Source: Escherichia phage p000y
Sequence record: MK047718.1
Strand: one strand, 5' to 3'
DNA: 64,000 nucleotides
Below are positions 58,163-64,000 of the stretch, one piece after another (the stretch's first letter is position 1; each line of letters begins with the position of its first letter). The notes under the pieces are model-generated. The model ran no database searches. It saw only the letters and a list, made by a program, of their open reading frames with translations, and had not been told where the DNA came from. Both the position numbers and the translations under genes were made by a program.

Positions 58163-59125
58163 ATGATTACTATCAATTCCAAAGAACACATTCTAGAACA
58201 GAAATATCGTCCTTCTTCCATTGACGAATGTATTCTGCCTGCGTATGACCATGAAACATTCAAGTCTTTAGTATCTAAAGGAAAACTTCCTCATATTATT
58301 TTACACTCTCCTTCTCCTGGTACAGGTAAAACAACCGTAGCAAAAGCATTATGTAATGATATCAATGCCGAAATGATGTTCGTCAACGGTTCTGATTGTA
58401 AGATTGATTTTGTGCGTGGTCCGTTAACTGCATTCGCTCGTTCAGTCTCAATGGAAGGCAAGCCGAAAGTTATTGTTATTGATGAATTTGACCGTAGTGG
58501 CCTTGCTGAATCACAACGGCACCTTCGTACATTCATGGAAGAATTCTCTAGTAACTGTTCTATTATTATTACTGCTAACAACATCGATGGAATTATTGAA
58601 CCATTACGTAGTCGTTGTCGAGTTATCGAATTCGGACGTCCAACCGAAGAAGATAAAATCTCGATGATGAAGAAAATGATTCATCGTATGGTTGAAATCT
58701 GTAAGAATGAAAATATCGAAATCGCTGATATGAAAGTTGTTGCAGCTCTGGTTAAAAAGAATTTCCCGGACTTTCGACGTACAATTGGCCAATTAGACCA
58801 GTACTCGTCTAAAGGTGTTCTTGATGCAGGTATTCTGTCTATCGTAACTAATGACCGTGGCACAGTCTCTGATGTTATCGAAGCAATGAAGAACAAAGAT
58901 ATCAAACAACTTCGTGCATTAGCTCCAAAATATGCTGCAGATTATTCATGGTTCATCGATAAATTAGTTTCAGAATGTTATGACCAAGTTGCACCTGGTA
59001 AAAGTATTATTTCGCTTTACGAAATTGCAGGCGAAAATAATAAGTTTCATGGACTAGCAAGTAATATTGAATTACATGTTATGTATATGCTTCTTCAACT
59101 GACCTGCGAACTGACTTGGAAATAA
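58163..59125 (+). CDS. 44: clamp loader large subunit gp44
   Basis: 320 aa; Walker [15 protein letters not shown] Walker B; matches T4 gp44. Confidence 0.95.
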   Translation: MITINSKEHILEQKYRPSSIDECILPAYDHETFKSLVSKGKLPHIILHSPSPGTGKTTVAKALCNDINAEMMFVNGSDCKIDFVRGPLTAFARSVSMEGKPKVIVIDEFDRSGLAESQRHLRTFMEEFSSNCSIIITANNIDGIIEPLRSRCRVIEFGRPTEEDKISMMKKMIHRMVEICKNENIEIADMKVVAALVKKNFPDFRRTIGQLDQYSSKGVLDAGILSIVTNDRGTVSDVIEAMKNKDIKQLRALAPKYAADYSWFIDKLVSECYDQVAPGKSIISLYEIAGENNKFHGLASNIELHVMYMLLQLTCELTWK

Positions 59126-59126
59126 T

Positions 59127-59690
59127 ATGAACTTATTCGATGATGACGTCCAGCTTAACGAGCACCAAATTGCATGGAAGTCTAATGACGCTGATGCGAT
59201 TCAAAAATGTGCTGATATGTTTAAAGAAAAACCTGAGAATGAATTCTTTAAAATCATTAATGCTATTAATGAAAAGAAATCTATGTCAATTGCTCAGGTC
59301 GACTACTCAAAATTTATGGTTGAGAACTCATTATCCCAGTTCCCGGAATGTATGCCAGCCGTTTACATGATGAACTTAGTCGGTTCTGAATTAAGCGATG
59401 AAGCGCACTTCAACTATATGATGGCGGCAATTCCACGTGGCCGACGATTCTCTAAATGGGCTAAACTAGTCGAAGACACTTCAGAGTTACTAGTTATCAA
59501 ACTGTTGATGAAACATTACACAATCAACATGAATGATGCTACCGAGTATAAGCGGCTCCTTGAAAAAAATAACAAGTTGCCAATAGTCCTTAAAGAACTG
59601 AAGGCCATGGTCACTGATGAGTTTCTCAAAGAAGTTACAAAAAATGTGAAAGAACAAAAACAATTTAAAAAATTAGCATTGGAATGGTAA
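59127..59690 (+). CDS. 62: clamp loader small subunit gp62
   Basis: 187 aa; synteny between 44 and regA. Confidence 0.9.
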   Translation: MNLFDDDVQLNEHQIAWKSNDADAIQKCADMFKEKPENEFFKIINAINEKKSMSIAQVDYSKFMVENSLSQFPECMPAVYMMNLVGSELSDEAHFNYMMAAIPRGRRFSKWAKLVEDTSELLVIKLLMKHYTINMNDATEYKRLLEKNNKLPIVLKELKAMVTDEFLKEVTKNVKEQKQFKKLALEW

Positions 59691-59692
59691 AA

Positions 59693-60061
59693 ATGATTGA
59701 AATTAAATTGAAGAACCCTGAAGATTTTCTGAAAGTCAAAGAGACTTTGACCCGTATGGGCATCGCTAATAACAAGGATAAAGTCCTTTACCAGTCTTGT
59801 CATATCCTCCAAAAGCAGGGTAAATATTACATCGTCCACTTTAAAGAAATGTTGCGTATGGACGGACGTCAGGTTGATATTGACGGTGAAGACTATCAGC
59901 GACGTGATTCGATTGCCCAGTTGCTTGAAGACTGGGGATTGATTGTTATTGAAGACTCTGCTCGTGAAGATCTGTTTGGCCTGACTAATAACTTCCGTGT
60001 TATCTCTTTTAAACAGAAAGATGACTGGACTTTGAAAGCAAAATACACAATTGGTAATTAA
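59693..60061 (+). CDS. regA: translational repressor RegA
   Basis: 122 aa; MIEIKLKNPEDFLKVKETLTRMGIANNKDKVLYQSCHILQK near-identical to T4 RegA by recall. Confidence 0.93.
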   Translation: MIEIKLKNPEDFLKVKETLTRMGIANNKDKVLYQSCHILQKQGKYYIVHFKEMLRMDGRQVDIDGEDYQRRDSIAQLLEDWGLIVIEDSAREDLFGLTNNFRVISFKQKDDWTLKAKYTIGN

Positions 60062-60065
60062 AGCA

Positions 60066-60085
60066 ATGGGACTTCGGTCCCATTT
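60066..60085 (+). terminator. stable hairpin between regA and gene 43 (terminator or part of gene 43 translational operator)
   Basis: ATGGGAC-TTCG-GTCCCAT with UUCG tetraloop, followed by TT. Confidence 0.5.
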
Positions 60086-60142
60086 GGAGTATAATAAGTT
60101 CATCAACAAACAAAAGACAATAACTCGTCTAAAGGAAATTAA

Positions 60143-62854
60143 ATGAAAGAATTTTACTTAACGGTTGAACAGATTGGTGATTCAATTTTTGAACGTTACA
60201 TCGATTCTAATGGCCGTGAACGTACTCGTGAAGTAGAATATAAACCATCACTGTTTGCTCATTGTCCAGAAAGTCAGGCTACGAAATATTTCGATATCTA
60301 CGGTAAGCCGTGTACTCGTAAGTTGTTCGCTAATATGCGTGATGCCTCCCAATGGATTAAACGCATGGAAGATATCGGACTTGAAGCACTTGGCATGGAC
60401 GATTTCAAATTGGCGTATTTGTCTGACACTTATAACTATGAAATCAAATACGACCATACAAAAATTCGTGTGGCTAACTTCGACATCGAAGTAACATCTC
60501 CGGACGGGTTCCCTGAGCCGGCACAAGCAAAGCATCCGATTGATGCTATCACCCATTATGACTCAATTGACGACAGGTTCTATGTATTTGATCTATTGAA
60601 TTCTCCATACGGCAATGTGGAAGAATGGTCTATCGAAATTGCGGCTAAGCTTCAAGAACAAGGTGGTGATGAAGTTCCATCCGAAATTATCGACAAAATT
60701 GTTTATATGCCGTTTGATAATGAAAAAGAATTATTGATGGAATATCTCAACTTCTGGCAACAGAAAACTCCTGTCATTTTGACTGGATGGAACGTTGAGT
60801 CATTTGATATTCCATATGTGTATAACCGAATCAAGAATATTTTTGGCGAATCTACTGCGAAACGTTTATCACCACATCGTAAAACTCGTGTTAAAGTTAT
60901 CGAAAACATGTATGGTTCTCGTGAAATCATTACATTGTTCGGTATCTCTGTTCTTGATTACATTGACCTTTACAAAAAGTTCTCTTTCACGAACCAACCG
61001 TCGTATTCTCTGGATTACATTTCAGAATTTGAATTGAACGTTGGTAAACTGAAATATGACGGCCCTATTTCTAAACTTCGTGAAAGCAATCACCAACGAT
61101 ATATTTCTTATAACATTATCGATGTGTATCGTGTATTGCAAATTGATGCTAAGCGTCAGTTCATCAACTTGAGTTTGGACATGGGTTATTATGCTAAAAT
61201 TCAGATTCAATCTGTGTTCAGTCCAATTAAAACATGGGATGCTATTATTTTTAATAGCCTTAAAGAGCAGAACAAGGTGATTCCACAAGGTCGTTCTCAC
61301 CCGGTTCAACCTTATCCTGGCGCTTTTGTTAAGGAACCTATTCCAAATCGATACAAATATGTAATGAGTTTCGACCTTACATCTCTGTATCCAAGTATTA
61401 TTCGCCAAGTGAATATTAGCCCTGAAACAATAGCAGGAACGTTTAAAGTAGCTCCACTGCATGATTATATTAACGCAATCGCTGAACGTCCTTCAGATGT
61501 GTACAGTTGCTCTCCTAACGGCATGATGTATTATAAAGACCGTGATGGTGTAGTTCCAACTGAAATCACTAAGGTCTTTAATCAACGTAAAGAACATAAA
61601 GGTTACATGCTTGCAGCTCAACGTAATGGTGAAATAATTAAAGAGGCATTGCATAATCCTAATCTTTCTGTTGACGAACCATTAGATGTTGATTATCGTT
61701 TTGACTTCACTGACGAGATTAAAGAAAAGATTAAAAAGTTGTCTGCTAAATCTCTTAATGAAATGTTGTTTAGAGCTCAACGTACTGAAGTTGCAGGTAT
61801 GACTGCACAAATTAACCGTAAATTGCTTATCAACTCACTTTATGGTGCACTTGGCAACGTTTGGTTCCGTTATTATGATTTGCGTAATGCTACTGCAATC
61901 ACAACATTTGGTCAAATGGCTTTACAGTGGATTGAACGTAAAGTTAATGAATATCTGAATGAAGTTTGTGGTACAGAAGGTGAAGCTTTCGTTCTTTATG
62001 GTGATACAGACTCTATTTACGTATCTGCTGATAAAATTATCGATAAGGTTGGTGAATCTAAATTCCGTGATACCAACCATTGGGTAGACTTCTTAGATAA
62101 GTTTGCTCGTGAACGTATGGAACCTGCTATTGATAGAGGTTTCCGTGAAATGTGTGAATACATGAACAATAAACAACACTTAATGTTCATGGACCGAGAA
62201 GCTATCGCTGGGCCTCCGCTTGGTTCTAAAGGTATTGGCGGATTTTGGACTGGTAAGAAACGTTATGCATTAAACGTGTGGGATATGGAAGGTACTCGTT
62301 ACGCTGAGCCTAAACTCAAAATCATGGGTCTCGAAACACAGAAATCTTCGACTCCTAAAGCAGTACAGAAAGCTCTTAAAGAATGTATTCGTCGTATGCT
62401 TCAAGAAGGTGAAGAATCATTACAAGAATATTTTAAAGAGTTTGAAAAAGAATTCCGTCAATTGAATTATATTAGCATCGCGTCGGTATCTTCTGCGAAT
62501 AACATTGCTAAATATGATGTAGGTGGATTCCCGGGTCCTAAATGCCCGTTCCATATTCGTGGAATTCTGACATATAACCGAGCTATCAAAGGTAATATTG
62601 ATGCACCACAAGTTGTAGAAGGTGAAAAAGTATATGTTCTGCCTTTACGTGAAGGAAACCCATTCGGTGATAAATGTATCGCATGGCCTTCTGGTACTGA
62701 AATCACAGATTTAATTAAAGACGATGTACTTCATTGGATGGACTACACTGTTCTCCTTGAGAAGACATTTATTAAACCACTTGAAGGATTCACATCAGCA
62801 GCTAAACTCGATTACGAGAAGAAAGCATCTCTGTTCGATATGTTTGATTTTTGA
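60143..62854 (+). CDS. 43: DNA polymerase gp43 (family B, RB69-type)
   Basis: 903 aa; exo motifs FDIEV and YNIIDVYRV; pol motifs DxxSLYPS, KxxxNSxYG, YGDTDS; matches recalled RB69 gp43 sequence. Confidence 0.97.
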   Translation: MKEFYLTVEQIGDSIFERYIDSNGRERTREVEYKPSLFAHCPESQATKYFDIYGKPCTRKLFANMRDASQWIKRMEDIGLEALGMDDFKLAYLSDTYNYEIKYDHTKIRVANFDIEVTSPDGFPEPAQAKHPIDAITHYDSIDDRFYVFDLLNSPYGNVEEWSIEIAAKLQEQGGDEVPSEIIDKIVYMPFDNEKELLMEYLNFWQQKTPVILTGWNVESFDIPYVYNRIKNIFGESTAKRLSPHRKTRVKVIENMYGSREIITLFGISVLDYIDLYKKFSFTNQPSYSLDYISEFELNVGKLKYDGPISKLRESNHQRYISYNIIDVYRVLQIDAKRQFINLSLDMGYYAKIQIQSVFSPIKTWDAIIFNSLKEQNKVIPQGRSHPVQPYPGAFVKEPIPNRYKYVMSFDLTSLYPSIIRQVNISPETIAGTFKVAPLHDYINAIAERPSDVYSCSPNGMMYYKDRDGVVPTEITKVFNQRKEHKGYMLAAQRNGEIIKEALHNPNLSVDEPLDVDYRFDFTDEIKEKIKKLSAKSLNEMLFRAQRTEVAGMTAQINRKLLINSLYGALGNVWFRYYDLRNATAITTFGQMALQWIERKVNEYLNEVCGTEGEAFVLYGDTDSIYVSADKIIDKVGESKFRDTNHWVDFLDKFARERMEPAIDRGFREMCEYMNNKQHLMFMDREAIAGPPLGSKGIGGFWTGKKRYALNVWDMEGTRYAEPKLKIMGLETQKSSTPKAVQKALKECIRRMLQEGEESLQEYFKEFEKEFRQLNYISIASVSSANNIAKYDVGGFPGPKCPFHIRGILTYNRAIKGNIDAPQVVEGEKVYVLPLREGNPFGDKCIAWPSGTEITDLIKDDVLHWMDYTVLLEKTFIKPLEGFTSAAKLDYEKKASLFDMFDF

Positions 62855-62894
62855 TATAATGCCAAGGACGGCCAACTAATTAAATGAGAGAAAT

Positions 62895-63530
62895 ATGAAA
62901 ACTACACCAATCACTATCGCTATTGACGCAATCGTAAAACAAGCTTCATCTCTTGCCACTATGGCTAAAGTAATTAGTCAAAACCCTGCTCGTTATAATG
63001 CTATTCTAGAAACTCTTCGACGCCCGGGACTTAGTAATTATGAAAGCCGAGTAATTATTACAGGTGTTGGTAAGAACGCTAATATCGCAACTAAAGCTTC
63101 CGAGACTTTTGCTTCACTCGGTATCCCAAGTATGTACTTGAACACTGGGCATTATTCTCATGGTGACGCAGGATTTATTGCACCTAATGATGTATTAGTT
63201 CACATCAGTCGTTCTGGTAAGACTGAAGAAATGATAGGTGTTGCTAAACATCTTCGTATGATTCGTCCTCAGGTTAAACAGATTCTGTTACATTGTAACC
63301 CTGACATTCCACAAGAATACGAAGCTCTTTTTGATTATACGTTCTGTACCGGTATCGCGGTAGAAGTTGACGAGAACTCTTTAGCTCCGACAATGTCTAC
63401 TACATTGTTGTTAGCGCTTATCGATACGTTCGCTATCAACCTTTCGTCTGAACGTGGATTTACCTCTAATGACTTCCTTAAGTTCCATCCAGGCGGTGCA
63501 CTAGGTGCCATGTTACGAGGCGAACAATGA
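62895..63530 (+). CDS. SIS-domain sugar-phosphate isomerase-like protein (KdsD/GutQ-type arabinose-5-phosphate isomerase fold)
   Basis: 211 aa; SIS hallmarks GVGKNANIATKASETF...HGDAGFI...VLVHISRSGKTEE. Confidence 0.75.
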   Translation: MKTTPITIAIDAIVKQASSLATMAKVISQNPARYNAILETLRRPGLSNYESRVIITGVGKNANIATKASETFASLGIPSMYLNTGHYSHGDAGFIAPNDVLVHISRSGKTEEMIGVAKHLRMIRPQVKQILLHCNPDIPQEYEALFDYTFCTGIAVEVDENSLAPTMSTTLLLALIDTFAINLSSERGFTSNDFLKFHPGGALGAMLRGEQ

Positions 63531-63670
63531 AAGCAATAACAATAGGACTTTTACTATTGATGCTTGTCATGACTATCTACTGGAGCTTAACGGCTCCAGT
63601 AATGATTCCAACACTTGTAATTGGATGGATTATGATTGGACTACAAGCAAAGTATGAATGCTTTAACTAG
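63527..63670 (+). CDS. small membrane peptide (47 aa), hypothetical
   Basis: ATGA overlap with SIS gene stop; single hydrophobic helix. Confidence 0.4.
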   Translation: MKAITIGLLLLMLVMTIYWSLTAPVMIPTLVIGWIMIGLQAKYECFN

Positions 63671-63711
63671 AATAGTGTACAATACTCCTACTTACCAATG
63701 AGGACTTCAAC

Positions 63712-64000
63712 ATGAAAAAAGCTGTTATTCTTGGTGCTGGATTGGCAACTCGTTTATATCCAATAACGCATCATATTCCTAAGGTGCTTGTTAACTATAA
63801 ACAAGACACTATTCTGAGCAATTTGTATACAATTTATTCTGACCTTGGCGCAGATGAAATTATTGTAGTAGTTCATTCAAAATTTGCTGAAACTGTTCGA
63901 GCTTATTGTGAGCAAGAAGGGTTCAATGTGACTATTCGTACAGTTGATGAAGCATACGGTTCTGCTTATGCTCTTGCTAAATTACACAAAGATTTAGACG
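63712..64000 (+). CDS. sugar-phosphate nucleotidyltransferase-like protein, partial (3' end beyond window)
   Basis: N-terminal MKKAVILGAGLATRLYPIT matches the G-x-G-T-R-L-x-P-x-T signature of NDP-sugar pyrophosphorylases; open to window end. Confidence 0.7.
   Translation, partial: MKKAVILGAGLATRLYPITHHIPKVLVNYKQDTILSNLYTIYSDLGADEIIVVVHSKFAETVRAYCEQEGFNVTIRTVDEAYGSAYALAKLHKDLD

Noticed and set aside
55030-62706. Minus-strand and out-of-frame ORFs inside genes 46, 45, 44, 62, regA and 43
   Set aside because: Embedded in genes with unambiguous T4 homologs; no independent start signals.

Overview
This window is a contiguous piece of a T4-like myophage genome (Tevenvirinae). Several proteins are near-identical to my recollection of phage RB69 sequences, most clearly DNA polymerase gp43, but I cannot verify identity without a database, and the 10-tRNA cluster here is larger than I recall for RB69. 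Positions 1-12461 carry baseplate and cell-puncturing genes 11, 10, 9, 8, 7, 6, 5.4, 5.1, 5 and 53 on the minus strand. From 12523 onward essentially every real gene is on the plus strand: 4, 2, 3, 1, 57A, 57B (acb1-type 2H phosphoesterase), ipI, a 10-tRNA cluster, nudE, e, denV, an array of internal-protein-like genes, regB, tk, rI, a long hyperplastic stretch of small hypothetical genes, nrdC, 49, nrdD, nrdG, 55, 47, 46, rpbA, 45, 44, 62, regA and 43. The window ends with a SIS-domain sugar isomerase-like gene and a truncated sugar nucleotidyltransferase-like gene where T4 has imm/42, which is the most interesting locus. The hyperplastic region is punctuated by repeated early-promoter/stem-loop cassettes (sigma70-type GTTTAC -35, TATAGT/TACTAT/TATAAT -10). 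All coordinates come from the supplied ORF track plus codon arithmetic; all homology statements are from recalled motifs and sequences, not searches. Most minus-strand ORFs in the track after 12.5 kb are antisense shadows of plus-strand genes and are rejected.
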